DNA of 63,671 bases from Alphaproteobacteria bacterium (GCA_009693835.1 SHWM01000003.1:1-63671), one strand, 5' to 3'; numbered from the stretch's first letter, positions 30,019-40,197 are shown. The notes: generated by a model not told the origin, from the letters alone. Made by a program: numbers and translations.

Positions 30019-30049
30019 AAAAACCCGGCCCTTGCGACCGGGTTTTTTT
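30019..30049. terminator. rho-independent, bidirectional-type terminator between convergent gltA and the SpoVR-family gene
   Basis: AAAAACCCGG-cccttgcga-CCGGGTTTTTTT: a GC stem flanked by an A-run on one side and a T-run on the other. Confidence 0.6.
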
Positions 30050-30068
30050 GTAGGCAAACAAAGTAGTG

Positions 30069-31631
30069 TTAGCGGATGCTGGTTTCCAGCCGGTCAGCGG
30101 TTATCCGTGCTTCGGATATCAAGGCGCCGCTATCGCGATCAACACTTTCAAGACTGACGTCATATCCCCATAACCGCCGCAGATGCTTCAGCGTTTGATC
30201 GCGGCTCTTAGTATCCAGTGGAATTCTGTCCAGCGCCAAATGCCGCAACGTCAGGCAACGGTCGCCTTTCAAATCGGCGTCGACGACCTGAATGTCAGGA
30301 TCGATGCGGCCAATTTCATAGGACTGGGCCAGCGCGGCCCGTACCTTCCGGTACCCGCCCTCGTCATGGATGCCTTTGACCGTATAGGCGCTTTCGGATT
30401 CATTATCCGCGATCAGGAACATGCGGAATTTGCGCATCAGATGCGGGCTGAGATATTGCAGGATAAAGGATTCATCGCGGTAATTCGCCCAGGCGTAGCG
30501 CAGTGCCGCGCGCCAGTTGCCGCTGCCGGCAAGTTCAGGAAACCACTCCCGGTCCTCATCCGTCGGCTCGGTGCAGATGCGCTTTATATCGCACATCATT
30601 TCAAAGCCGAGCGCATAGGGGTTGAGGCCGCTATAGCGGGGGTCGTCATAGGCTGGCTGCATCACCACGCTGGAATGGCTGTTCAGGACCTCCAGCATCG
30701 CGCCTTCGCTGATACGGCCCAGATCATAGAGCTTGTTGAGGATGTAATAGTGCACAAAGGTGGCGCAGCCCTCGTTCATGACTTTGGTCTGCTTCTGCGG
30801 GTAGAAATATTGTGCGATGGTGCGCACAATATGCAGCAATTCACGCTGCCAGGTTTCCAGAACAGGACTGAACTTCTCCAGAAAATAAAGAATATTTTCC
30901 TGGGGCAGCTTCATCATCCTGCGCCGGCGTTCTATTTCTTCCGCGCTTTCACTGACAATGGTTTCCTTGCTTTTCGCAGGCAGCGTGCGCCACAGATCGT
31001 TAAATGTGCGCTCTTCATATTCCTCGCGGGCGCGGCGTTTGCTTTCTTCCTCGCGCGTCGACAGCGGCGGCGGGCGGCGATAGCGGAATACGCCATGGTC
31101 CATCAACGCATGGGCGGCATCCAGAATTTCCTCGACAGCCTGCGCGCCGTGTTTTTCCTCGCATTTGGCAATGTAACTTTTGGCGAATTGCAGATATTCC
31201 AGAATCCCGTCCGCGTCTGTCCACTGCCTGAACAGATAATTATTCTTGAAGAAGTGGTTGTGGCCAAATGCCGCATGCGCCATCACCAGCGTCTGCATCG
31301 CCATGGTGTTTTCTTCCATATTATAGCTGATGCAGGGATTGGAATTGATAACGATTTCATAGGCCAGGCCCTGGTACCCCTTGCGGTACATCATTTCGTC
31401 ACGGGCAAAATGCTTGCCAAAGGACCAATGCTGATACATCAGCGGCATGCCTACGGAGGAATAGGCGTCGAGCATCTGTTCGGAAGATATGATCTCGATC
31501 TGGTTGCGATAGACATCCAGCCCCAGATCCTGCAGGGCGATTTCCTCTATCGCCTTGTAGGTCTTTTCAAGCGTGGCAAAATTCCAGTCAGATCCGTCAT
31601 AGAGTAATGTGCTGCTGGCTTTGCTAATCAT
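30069..31631 (-). CDS. SpoVR family protein (YcgB-like)
   Basis: 520 aa containing ...YRNQIEIISSEQMLDAYSSVGMPLMYQHWSFGKHF...AHAAFGHNHFFKNNY... It is the third gene of the prkA-yeaH-spoVR cluster. Confidence 0.9.
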   Translation of the reverse strand: MISKASSTLLYDGSDWNFATLEKTYKAIEEIALQDLGLDVYRNQIEIISSEQMLDAYSSVGMPLMYQHWSFGKHFARDEMMYRKGYQGLAYEIVINSNPCISYNMEENTMAMQTLVMAHAAFGHNHFFKNNYLFRQWTDADGILEYLQFAKSYIAKCEEKHGAQAVEEILDAAHALMDHGVFRYRRPPPLSTREEESKRRAREEYEERTFNDLWRTLPAKSKETIVSESAEEIERRRRMMKLPQENILYFLEKFSPVLETWQRELLHIVRTIAQYFYPQKQTKVMNEGCATFVHYYILNKLYDLGRISEGAMLEVLNSHSSVVMQPAYDDPRYSGLNPYALGFEMMCDIKRICTEPTDEDREWFPELAGSGNWRAALRYAWANYRDESFILQYLSPHLMRKFRMFLIADNESESAYTVKGIHDEGGYRKVRAALAQSYEIGRIDPDIQVVDADLKGDRCLTLRHLALDRIPLDTKSRDQTLKHLRRLWGYDVSLESVDRDSGALISEARITADRLETSIR

Positions 31632-31665
31632 GCCCGCGACCCGCCATATATTGAGGAATTCAACT

Positions 31666-32985
31666 TCAGCTCACGCCTGCCTTGGATTTGTGCGCAAACA
31701 GTTCACGGAATACGGGATAGATGTCGCCCGGTTTGGCGATGCGTTTCATAGCGAAATTCTTCCATGCGTCCGCCACCTCGCCATAGGCCCGCCACAGGGC
31801 GGCGCCGGAGCGGGCATCCTGGAAGATGTCAAATTCGCGCTCGTCAAGTATTTCGATGTAGGCGTAATACTGCACCAGAGGCATGATTTCATTGACCATC
31901 AGCTCGTGACAGCGCTCGGAATCGCCTGAAAAATTTTCGCCGTCCGAGGCCTGTGCCGCATAAATGTTCCACTCCCCTGTGGGATAGCGCTCCTTGACGA
32001 TGCGGCGCATTTCCACCAGCGCGGTGCTGACAACGGTGCCGCCGGTTTCAGGGCTATAGAAAAATGTTTGTTCGTCCACTTCTTCGGCATGATGCGTGTG
32101 CCGGATGAACACAACTTCTATGCGTTTGTAACGGCGTTCAAGAAACAGATGCAGCAGCATGAAAAACCGTTTCGCCAGATCTTTTTCGCGCTCTCCCATG
32201 GACCCCGACACGTCCATCAGACAGAACATGACCGCCTTGGTGTTGGGATTGGGCCGCTGTTCATACCGGTTGTAACGAATATCCACCGGATCAATATAGG
32301 GCACGACCCGCATCTTGCGCTGAACGCCCTCCAACTGCCGCTCCAGTTCCTGCAGGCGCGCCTGTTCCTCTTCATCCAGCACCGGCATGGCGCGCAGCAG
32401 GGCGATTTTCTGCTCCAGCCGCTCCACGGTTGCCCGCGACGGACGATGCAGCGCGATGCGCCGGCCATGGGCGTTGCGCATGGTCCGTAGTACATTCAGA
32501 TTGGTGGGCGTGCCAGACGCGGAATGTCCGGCCCGGTGCAGTTTGTAACTGTGCACTTCCTGCAGGCTGGTTTTCACCAGATCGGGCAGTTCCAGATCCT
32601 CGAAAAACAGGTCCAGAAACTCTTCCCTGCTCAGGGTAAAGCGGAAATCCTCCTCGCCCTCGCCCTCATCCGAACCCTGCTTCCCGCCCTGACCTTCGCC
32701 GCCCTGCGGCTTGTCGATCTGGTCGCCGGTCATATACTCCTTGTTGCCGGTGAAAACACGGCTGCGATTGCCGCCGGTGCGCGCGTTGCGCAGCTGCGGC
32801 TCTTCGGTGCCCTTGGCCGGGATAGTGATGGTTTCGCCAGTAGCGACATCGGTCACATTACGGTCCTGCACGGACTTGTTCACCACCTCCTTGATGCGCG
32901 CCCGCGCCCGGCGCAAAAACCTCTGGCGGTTGCCGAGGTTTTTGTCCTTGGGATTGGCGCGGCGGTCAATGAAGTGATGATGCAT
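31666..32985 (-). CDS. yeaH: YeaH/YhbH family protein (DUF444, vWA-like)
   Basis: Starts MHHHFIDRRANPKDKNLGNRQRFLRRA..., has an acidic and Gly-rich linker, and continues ...AVMFCLMDVSGSMGE...FIRHTHHAEEVDE..., typical of UPF0229/DUF444. Confidence 0.9.
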   Translation of the reverse strand: MHHHFIDRRANPKDKNLGNRQRFLRRARARIKEVVNKSVQDRNVTDVATGETITIPAKGTEEPQLRNARTGGNRSRVFTGNKEYMTGDQIDKPQGGEGQGGKQGSDEGEGEEDFRFTLSREEFLDLFFEDLELPDLVKTSLQEVHSYKLHRAGHSASGTPTNLNVLRTMRNAHGRRIALHRPSRATVERLEQKIALLRAMPVLDEEEQARLQELERQLEGVQRKMRVVPYIDPVDIRYNRYEQRPNPNTKAVMFCLMDVSGSMGEREKDLAKRFFMLLHLFLERRYKRIEVVFIRHTHHAEEVDEQTFFYSPETGGTVVSTALVEMRRIVKERYPTGEWNIYAAQASDGENFSGDSERCHELMVNEIMPLVQYYAYIEILDEREFDIFQDARSGAALWRAYGEVADAWKNFAMKRIAKPGDIYPVFRELFAHKSKAGVS

Positions 32986-33007
32986 GCGTTAACTCCAGAT
33001 GGCGAAC

Positions 33008-34945
33008 CTACCCCGCCTTGTTGACCCGGATGTACCACTCAACCAGTCTGCGCACCTGGCGTTCCGTATAGCCACGGCCAGTCATTCTCTTGACGAATTC
33101 GGAATGCTTATCGTCAAGCTCATGATCCTTCTTGGCGCCGAAACTGATGACGGGCAAAAGATCCTCGACCTGGGCAAACATGCGTTTTTCAATGACCTCA
33201 CGCAGTTTTTCGTAAGAAGTCCAGGCCGGGTTCCTGCCATCATTATTGGCCCGCGCGCGCAGCGCGAATTTGACGACTTCGTTCCGGAAATCCTTTGGAT
33301 TGGCGATGCCCGCGGGTTTTTCGATCTTGGACAGTTCCGCATCCAGCACCGAGCGGTTGAAGATCTGCCCGGTGTCCGGATCCTTGTAGTCCTCGTCCTC
33401 GATCCAGGCGTCGGCATAGGCGATATAGCGGTCAAACAGATTCTGCCCATAATCGGAGTAGGATTCGAGATAGGCCTTCTGAATCTCATTGCCGATGAAT
33501 TCGGCATAGCGCGGGGCCATCTCGGATTTGATGAATTCGAGATAGCTGCTCTCGGTTTCTTCCGGAAACTGCTCGCGCCGCACCGCCTGCTCCAGCACAT
33601 ACATCATGTGCACAGGATCAGCGGCCACTTCTTCGGTGTCATAATTGAAAGTCTGTGACAGCACCTTGAACGCGAAACGGGTGCTGATGCCGTTCATGCC
33701 TTCGTCCACCCCAGCGGAATCGCGATATTCCTGCATCGAGCGCGCCTTGGGATCGGTGTCCTTCAGGTTTTCACCATCATAGATGCGCATCTTTGAATAA
33801 AGCGCCGAGTTTTCATGTTTGCGGAGCCGTGTCAGAACGCTGAAACGCGCCAGCATTTCCAAAGTATCGGGCGCGCAGGAAACCGCTTCCAGTTCACTTT
33901 CGCGCAACAGCTTCTGATAAATCCGCGCCTCGTCGGACGCGCGCAGGCAATAGGGCACCTTGATCACGCAGATACGATCCAGAAACGCCTCATTGTTTTT
34001 GTTGGCCTTGAACTGCTGCCATTCGGATTCATTCGAATGGGCCAGCACGATCCCTTCATAGGGAAACGCGCCAAAGCTTTCGGTGCCCAGATAGTTGCTT
34101 TCCTGGGTGGCCGTCAGCAGGGGGTGCAGCACCTTGATTGGGGCCTTGAACATTTCGACAAATTCCAGAAGGCCCTGTGAAGTCAGGTTCAGTCCGCCGC
34201 TATAGCTGTAGGCGTCGGGATCGTTTTGGCTGAAATGCTCGAGCTGGCGGATATCCACCTTGCCCACCAGCGCCGAAATATCCTGATTGTTTTCATCGCC
34301 GGGCTCGGTTTTGGCGATGCCAATCTGCCGCAGCTTGGATGGCATCAGTTTGACCACGGAGAATTTGGAAATATCGCCGTTCAATTCGTCAAGCCGCTTA
34401 ACGGCCCACGGTGAAATCATGCCTTTCAGCTTGCGCCGCGCGATGCCATATTTATTTTCAAGCAGATCCCCCATCCGTTCAGGATTGAAAAGACCAAGAG
34501 GGGATTCAAAAATCGGGCTGATCCGGTCGCCCGCCTTCAGCACATAGATCGGACGGTCTTCCATCAGCCGTTTGAGCTGTTCGGCCAGCGAGGACTTGCC
34601 GCCGCCCACCGGACCCAGCAGATACAGTATCTGCTTGCGCTCTTCCAGCCCCTGGGCCGAATAACGCAAATAGCCCACGATCCGTTCGACCGTTTCTTCC
34701 ATGCCATAAAAATCTTTGAAGGCGGGATAGCGCTTGATCGTGCGGTTCTGGAATATCCGCCCCAATCTCGGATCGGAACTGGTGTCCAGCACAACAGGTT
34801 CACCTATGGCGGATATCAGCCGCTCGGCGGCGCTCGCGAAATACTCGGGATGATCCCGGCATCCGATCAGGAAATCCTGGAGGCTCATCGCCTCCTGCTT
34901 TTCTCGGACATAGACCTCGTTAAAGAGATCGAAGACATCTTTCAT
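33008..34945 (-). CDS. prkA: PrkA family serine protein kinase (YeaG-like, AAA+ N-domain)
   Basis: 645 aa containing ...YPAFKDFYGMEETVERIV.YL..A.....E.KQILYLLGPVGGGKSSLAE (Walker A)... and a conserved PrkA C-terminal domain. Confidence 0.92.
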   Translation of the reverse strand: MKDVFDLFNEVYVREKQEAMSLQDFLIGCRDHPEYFASAAERLISAIGEPVVLDTSSDPRLGRIFQNRTIKRYPAFKDFYGMEETVERIVGYLRYSAQGLEERKQILYLLGPVGGGKSSLAEQLKRLMEDRPIYVLKAGDRISPIFESPLGLFNPERMGDLLENKYGIARRKLKGMISPWAVKRLDELNGDISKFSVVKLMPSKLRQIGIAKTEPGDENNQDISALVGKVDIRQLEHFSQNDPDAYSYSGGLNLTSQGLLEFVEMFKAPIKVLHPLLTATQESNYLGTESFGAFPYEGIVLAHSNESEWQQFKANKNNEAFLDRICVIKVPYCLRASDEARIYQKLLRESELEAVSCAPDTLEMLARFSVLTRLRKHENSALYSKMRIYDGENLKDTDPKARSMQEYRDSAGVDEGMNGISTRFAFKVLSQTFNYDTEEVAADPVHMMYVLEQAVRREQFPEETESSYLEFIKSEMAPRYAEFIGNEIQKAYLESYSDYGQNLFDRYIAYADAWIEDEDYKDPDTGQIFNRSVLDAELSKIEKPAGIANPKDFRNEVVKFALRARANNDGRNPAWTSYEKLREVIEKRMFAQVEDLLPVISFGAKKDHELDDKHSEFVKRMTGRGYTERQVRRLVEWYIRVNKAG

Positions 34946-35050
34946 GGCGCACCTCTTATTTGCCTAGATACCCCCAGCTGTCGTTTCCCTGTCCTGCCCC
35001 TATTTTATTGGGTGATAACTCACCTTCCGATTGTCGCCTTCAAGCACCGC

Positions 35051-35066
35051 TGCAAGTAGCATGCCC
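35051..35066 (-). promoter_or_regulatory. candidate sigma54 (RpoN) -24/-12 promoter for prkA-yeaH-spoVR
   Basis: The minus strand reads GGGCATG-CTAC-TTGCA, against the consensus TGGCACG-N4-TTGCW. The GG and GC dinucleotides have correct spacing, and there are two mismatches. It lies 106 nt upstream of the prkA ATG in an AT-rich leader. Confidence 0.45.
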
Positions 35067-35281
35067 TATATATAGTTAATAAGGATTAAACTTTCGATGT
35101 TTGCAGGTTACACCGAATCATAATTAGTAATAATTATTAGATGTCAAATACCGGGCGATTCTGTAGCTATTTCTGTACTTTATCCAGAGCCGTAAAAATT
35201 CAGGATCGCGGCGTGGCGCTTTGGCAACAAATAATAACCGCCTGACTAGCGGGTTACGGCCCCGCGGCGCACCGATTCTGC

Positions 35282-36646
35282 CTATTTATCGGTCACATAG
35301 GGATTGGGGCGGCTGCGCAGCATCAGCCTGAGCGGCACCCCCTGCAGGTCAAAAGCGGCACGCAGGCCGTTCAACAGATAGCGTGAATAGGATTCAGGCA
35401 GCGCCGCCGCGCGCGTGGTGAACAGGGCAAAGGAGGGCGGCCTTGCGCCCACCTGGGTCACATAACGCAATTTGATCCGTCTCCCCTGCACCGCCGGCGG
35501 TGGATGGCGCAACGTCGCTTCCGCCAGCCACCGGTTCAGGCCGGCGGTCGGGATTCGCCGGTTCCAGGTGGCGTAAACTTTCTCTACCGCCGGTAATAGG
35601 CGTTCCACGCCCCTGCCGCTCAGCGCGGACAGGGGCACCAATGGCACACCCGCAATCTGCGGCAGGGAATGATCGAGCTTCTGGCGCATCGTCGCGAGAT
35701 GTTCTTTGGGGTTCTCAATCAGGTCCCATTTGTTTAGCGCGATGACGATCGCCCGCCCCTCTCGCGCCACCTGATCGGCGATATGCAGATCCTGTTTTTC
35801 AAAGGCCTGGGTGGCGTCCAGCGTCACGATCACGACCTCGGCAAAATCCATCGCGCGTTTAGCGTCCTGGGTAGAGAGGCGCTCCAGCTTGCCGGTGATG
35901 CGCGCCTGTTTGCGCAAGCCAGCGGTGTCGAATAATTCAATCGGGCGGCCCTTCCATTGCCAGGAAATACAAATTGAATCCCGGGTAAGGCCTGCCTCAG
36001 GCCCCGTCAGCATGCGCTGTTCCCCCACCAGTCGATTGACCAGCGTGGACTTGCCGGTATTGGGACGTCCGGCGATGGCAATTTTCAGCGGCCGCTGGGG
36101 TGAGTCAGCGTCCGGCCCGTCTTCCAGTTCACCGGCTTCGTCTCCGCGAACCGGCACGGCGATATATGTACGCAACGCGTCATAGAGGGCGTCGAGGCCC
36201 TGTCCATGTTCAGCCGATATGGGGATCGGGTCACCCAGGCCAAGCTTGTAGGCTTCAAAATGACCGACCATTCCGGCATTGCTTTCGCACTTATTGGCGG
36301 CCACAAGCACGGGTATGGCGCCCTTGCGCAAAAGACCGGCGAAATGCGCGTCAACGGCCGTCACCCCTGCGCGGGCGTCGATCATGAACAGGCACAGATC
36401 GGCCTCGGCCATGGCCTGTTCGGTCTGGCGGCGCATCCGGCCTTCCAGTTTTTCGTCCGGCGCATCTTCCAGCCCGGCCGTGTCGACAACCGTGAATTCC
36501 AAATCGGCAAGCCTGCCCTGGCCTTCACGCCGGTCCCGCGTCACGCCCGGCGTGTCGTCCACCAGCGCCAGCCTTTTGCCGGCCAGCCGGTTGAACAGAG
36601 TCGACTTTCCGACATTTGGACGGCCAATGATCACCAGTTTGAACAT
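35282..36646 (-). CDS. der: ribosome biogenesis GTPase Der (EngA), tandem GTPase domains
   Basis: Contains MFKLVIIGRPNVGKSTLFNRL...DTAG... and a second G-domain IAIAGRPNTGKSTLVNRL...DTAGLR...NKWD, plus a KH-like C-terminus. Confidence 0.93.
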   Translation of the reverse strand: MFKLVIIGRPNVGKSTLFNRLAGKRLALVDDTPGVTRDRREGQGRLADLEFTVVDTAGLEDAPDEKLEGRMRRQTEQAMAEADLCLFMIDARAGVTAVDAHFAGLLRKGAIPVLVAANKCESNAGMVGHFEAYKLGLGDPIPISAEHGQGLDALYDALRTYIAVPVRGDEAGELEDGPDADSPQRPLKIAIAGRPNTGKSTLVNRLVGEQRMLTGPEAGLTRDSICISWQWKGRPIELFDTAGLRKQARITGKLERLSTQDAKRAMDFAEVVIVTLDATQAFEKQDLHIADQVAREGRAIVIALNKWDLIENPKEHLATMRQKLDHSLPQIAGVPLVPLSALSGRGVERLLPAVEKVYATWNRRIPTAGLNRWLAEATLRHPPPAVQGRRIKLRYVTQVGARPPSFALFTTRAAALPESYSRYLLNGLRAAFDLQGVPLRLMLRSRPNPYVTDK

Positions 36647-36694
36647 GCGCGAATTGTCTCAATCTAACCTGCCCCACGGGCCGGTAGTCCTGAT

Positions 36695-38101
36695 CTAACG
36701 GTAGGCCAGCACCTGCGCGCCGCGCGTCAGCACATACAGGGTCTCGTTGGCCACAACCGGGGGCACAAAGGTGCCATCCGGGATAGTGATATAGCCCAGC
36801 ACCTTGCCTGTATAGGGTGATACGGAAATCAACTGCCCGATACTCGACACGGCAATCAGACGGTCGCCCGCCAGCACCGGGCCGCTCCATTCCACACGGC
36901 CATCCTGATCTTCCTGATCCTTGTACCGGCGCAACTGGGTGACCCAGCGCACCCGGCCATCCCGGCGCGATAGCGCTGTGATTTCCCCTTCCAGCGTAAT
37001 CAGATAGATAAAATCTCCCGCCACCCAGGGGGTTTGCACACCGGCAATATTGCGCGTCCAGACACGTTCGCCGGTGCGCAGATCAATGGACACAATATTT
37101 CCGGAATGGCTGATGGAAAACACCCGGCCACGGTCGATGACAGGGCGGCCAGCAATGTCATTCAGCTCCGATATGGGGGTCAGATGGCTGCTTTTGATGA
37201 GCGTGTCTGTCCAGGCTGTGCGCCCGTTTTCGGCGCGCAGGGCCACAAGTTCGCCAGAAGTGAACGGCGCCACGACAGTGTCTCCGGCGACGGCGGGAGA
37301 GGCGCTGCCGAGTATCCCCGCGCTTTCAACCAGCCCCTGAAAATTCCATAGCAGGTGGCCATCTTCCGCTGACAAGGCGTAAAGCTCATTTTCCTGGTCG
37401 GTCGCGAATACCCGGCCGCCATTGGCCGTGGGCGCGCTGCGAATCGGCACATTGACCGGATGCCGCCAGATTTCCGCGCCGGTGGCCGCATCCAGGGCCG
37501 CCACAAATCCATAGCCGCTGGTCACAAATATACGCCCGCCGTCAAAGGCGATGCCGCCCCCGAAAGATGCGTCGGGCGCCTCCGCCGCGCCTCCTACCAA
37601 AGGAAGTGAAGGGGGCCATAACGAAAATCCGAAATGTGTCTCGCCTGTGGGCTGCAGCACGGTACGCCAGATTCGCGATCCCTTTTTCTCGTCCAGCGCG
37701 GTGACGCCGGACTGCGCGTCCAGAACATAAACTCGGCCATCCGCTATGATGGGTTCAGCCAGAATGCGGGTATAGCGGCCGGCCCCCTTGCCGCCATCGC
37801 CGCTCCACGCCCGTTTGGGGTTTTCCGCCAGCGCCAGATGATGCATGGCATGGTCGGCGTATCCGCCGGGTTGCGGCCAATCGGGGTTCACGTAAGGTTT
37901 CGGGACCATGACCTCGATTTCACCGATGCGTGGATCGGACTCGAGTTTCTGATCCAGCGCCAGAACCGAAATACGGTCGCCCTTCAGCTTTGGCCCGCTG
38001 GACGCCTTCAAGATTCCACACCCCGCCAAAAGCATGACTGAACAAAGCGCCCATACGGATAAAAGGCAAAACTGACGTGTTTTCATGAAACCTGTACGCA
38101 T
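36695..38101 (-). CDS. bamB: outer membrane protein assembly factor BamB (PQQ-like beta-propeller lipoprotein)
   Basis: It has a lipobox (LLAGCG after the signal peptide) and repeated propeller blades (...G.V.ALD..TG...W...). It sits in the conserved yfgM-bamB-der position. An alternative start is 38086. Confidence 0.8.
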   Translation of the reverse strand: MRTGFMKTRQFCLLSVWALCSVMLLAGCGILKASSGPKLKGDRISVLALDQKLESDPRIGEIEVMVPKPYVNPDWPQPGGYADHAMHHLALAENPKRAWSGDGGKGAGRYTRILAEPIIADGRVYVLDAQSGVTALDEKKGSRIWRTVLQPTGETHFGFSLWPPSLPLVGGAAEAPDASFGGGIAFDGGRIFVTSGYGFVAALDAATGAEIWRHPVNVPIRSAPTANGGRVFATDQENELYALSAEDGHLLWNFQGLVESAGILGSASPAVAGDTVVAPFTSGELVALRAENGRTAWTDTLIKSSHLTPISELNDIAGRPVIDRGRVFSISHSGNIVSIDLRTGERVWTRNIAGVQTPWVAGDFIYLITLEGEITALSRRDGRVRWVTQLRRYKDQEDQDGRVEWSGPVLAGDRLIAVSSIGQLISVSPYTGKVLGYITIPDGTFVPPVVANETLYVLTRGAQVLAYR

Positions 38102-38107
38102 GCGTGA

Positions 38108-38794
38108 TTATTTTTTGGAAACCTCGGCAGAGGGCTTGTCGACGGGCGAAGGCGGCAGGGACATCAGTATTTCAGCCGCGCGGGCACGGACCCCTCGTGG
38201 CGCGTCCAGCGCATCCGCCAGCTGTTCAAACTGTTTGCGCGCCGCTCCCAGAGAATTTTCGCGTAACGCCAGAAAGGCCAGCGTTTCCCTGGCGGAATGG
38301 CGGACCGGATTATCGTCCTTGGCCAGCGGGTTCAACCGCAGCCTCAATTCATCAGCGCTGGTGGTGTCGAACAGCAGCAACGCCGCCTTTAGCGAAGCCA
38401 GTGAGCGCAGCAACGCATCGACGCTGCCATCTGCCGCCAGTGCGTCATAGGCCGCGACGGCCCCGGTTCTGTCGCTGGTTTCGAGCCGGGTGGCGGCTTC
38501 TTTCATCCGGGATAGAAGGGTGTAGCCTTTGATATCCGTTTCCTGCGCCAGCTTGCCAAATTGCGCCACCGCGTCGGCAGGTTTTCCGTCTAGCGCCAAC
38601 TGTTCCGCGGCCAGATATTGCGCGGCGGCGGCCTCGCTCTTCGCCATTACGCGTTCCTGCCAGTAGATGGCCCCCGCCGTGCCCAGGACGATGGCGACCG
38701 CAAGACCAATGACCAGAATGCCGTATCGGTCCCACAGCGCCTTGAGCTGCGTACTGCGTAAATCCTCTTCAACTTCCCGAAAAATATCGCTCAC
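38108..38794 (-). CDS. YfgM-like tetratricopeptide membrane protein
   Basis: GTG start. Contains MSDIFREVEEDLRSTQLKALWDRYGILVIGLAVAIVLGTAGAIYW (single TM), followed by Ala-rich TPR-like helices. It lies immediately upstream of bamB. Confidence 0.65.
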   Translation of the reverse strand: MSDIFREVEEDLRSTQLKALWDRYGILVIGLAVAIVLGTAGAIYWQERVMAKSEAAAAQYLAAEQLALDGKPADAVAQFGKLAQETDIKGYTLLSRMKEAATRLETSDRTGAVAAYDALAADGSVDALLRSLASLKAALLLFDTTSADELRLRLNPLAKDDNPVRHSARETLAFLALRENSLGAARKQFEQLADALDAPRGVRARAAEILMSLPPSPVDKPSAEVSKK

Positions 38795-39133
38795 TCATGC
38801 GCCCCGGAATCATTTCGCTCCTGGCCAGCCGCCCGGAGCATCGAAAATCGCCTTCCGTTTATCAGGATTAAACGGTGCTGGCAAAGAAAGCCGTTAAATT
38901 ATGTATTTTGTGTGGGAATATCGGCTTTCTGTCACGGGGCAGAGCGTCCGGAGATATTGCGCCCTGCCCGTCAACAGGTGGATTTTTGTCCACGCCCAGA
39001 GGAAATCACGTTAGTCTGAAACTCTGTCCCTGGAGCAGTGTGCCGTCGTCCGGAATCGTCCCGATCTCCAGATGGCCGTCCAAAGCTGGTCTACAGGCCT
39101 CAGAATAATAATTAAGAGTACAGGGAGACGCCC

Positions 39134-40102
39134 ATGCAATATGTCAATCTCGGCACAACCGGCCTCAAGGTTTCAAAAATCTGCCTGGGCTGCATGACCT
39201 ACGGGTCCAGTAAATGGCGGCCCTGGGTGCTCGAGGATGACGCGTCGCAGCCTTTATTGCGCAAAGCCATTGACCTGGGGATCAATTTTTTCGATACGGC
39301 CAATGCCTATTCCGCCGGTGTGAGCGAGGAAATTCTGGGACGCGCCATCAAACAGCATGGCGACCGGCATAGCAAGGTCATCGCGACCAAGGTCTTCTTC
39401 CCCATGAGTTCCGATCCCAATGGCATGGGGCTGTCGCGCAAACATATCATGCAGGCCATCGACGCCAGTCTGAAACGGTTGCAGACAGACTATGTGGATT
39501 TGTATCAGATTCACCGGTTCGACCCGCGGACGCCCCTGGAGGAGACGCTGGAGGCCCTGAACGATGTGGTGCGGGCGGGCAAGGCGCTTTATCTGGGGGC
39601 GTCCTCCATGCATGCCTGGCAGTTCATGAAAGCGCTCTCTATTCAGGATCGCCATGGCTATGCGCGCTTTGTCTCCATGCAGAACCAGTACAGCCTGCTG
39701 TACCGGGAAGAGGAACGCGAGATGATACCGCTCTGCCGGCAGGAAGGCGTCGGAGTGATTCCCTGGTCGCCGCTGGCTCGCGGCATTCTGGCCGGCAGCA
39801 AGGCGGCGGGTACCCGACGCGCCCAAACCGATGAGATCATGGCGCAGATTTTCAAACCGGAGACCGATCAGCCAATTCTTGATGCCGTCAATGCGGCTGC
39901 GCGCGCGCATAACACGGGGCCGGCGCAAGTGGCTCTAGCGTGGATATTGTCAAAAAATCCGGTGTCGGCGCCCATCATCGGCGCGTCAAAATCCGCGCAG
40001 CTTGACGATGCGGCGGCGGCTGTCGAGGTTAGACTGAGCAATGAGGAAATCAGCCAGCTTGAGGCCCCCTATCGCGCCCGCAAACCCATCGCGTTCCGGT
40101 AA
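39134..40102 (+). CDS. aldo/keto reductase (copy 1 of a tandem pair)
   Basis: 322 aa containing LGTTGLKVSKICLGCMTYG...FFDTANAY...EEILG...DYVDLYQIHRFD... Confidence 0.88.
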   Translation: MQYVNLGTTGLKVSKICLGCMTYGSSKWRPWVLEDDASQPLLRKAIDLGINFFDTANAYSAGVSEEILGRAIKQHGDRHSKVIATKVFFPMSSDPNGMGLSRKHIMQAIDASLKRLQTDYVDLYQIHRFDPRTPLEETLEALNDVVRAGKALYLGASSMHAWQFMKALSIQDRHGYARFVSMQNQYSLLYREEEREMIPLCRQEGVGVIPWSPLARGILAGSKAAGTRRAQTDEIMAQIFKPETDQPILDAVNAAARAHNTGPAQVALAWILSKNPVSAPIIGASKSAQLDDAAAAVEVRLSNEEISQLEAPYRARKPIAFR

Positions 40103-40197
40103 TTCTTAACATTAATGGGCTTACGCCAGGTGATATCACACCGGCGCTCCGGCCATGCACATTCACCCGCGCGTCGGGTTCATTCAGGGAGAGGGTC

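Noticed and set aside
30183-31607. A 474-aa + strand ORF.
   Set aside because: It is entirely antisense to the well-conserved SpoVR-family gene. It has low-complexity, Arg/Ala/Gly/His-rich composition. This is a shadow ORF.
35076-35089. A TTAA-N6-TTAA motif upstream of prkA as a possible CtrA box.
   Set aside because: The CtrA consensus requires a 7-nt spacer (TTAA-N7-TTAAC). In an AT-rich leader such near-matches are expected by chance.
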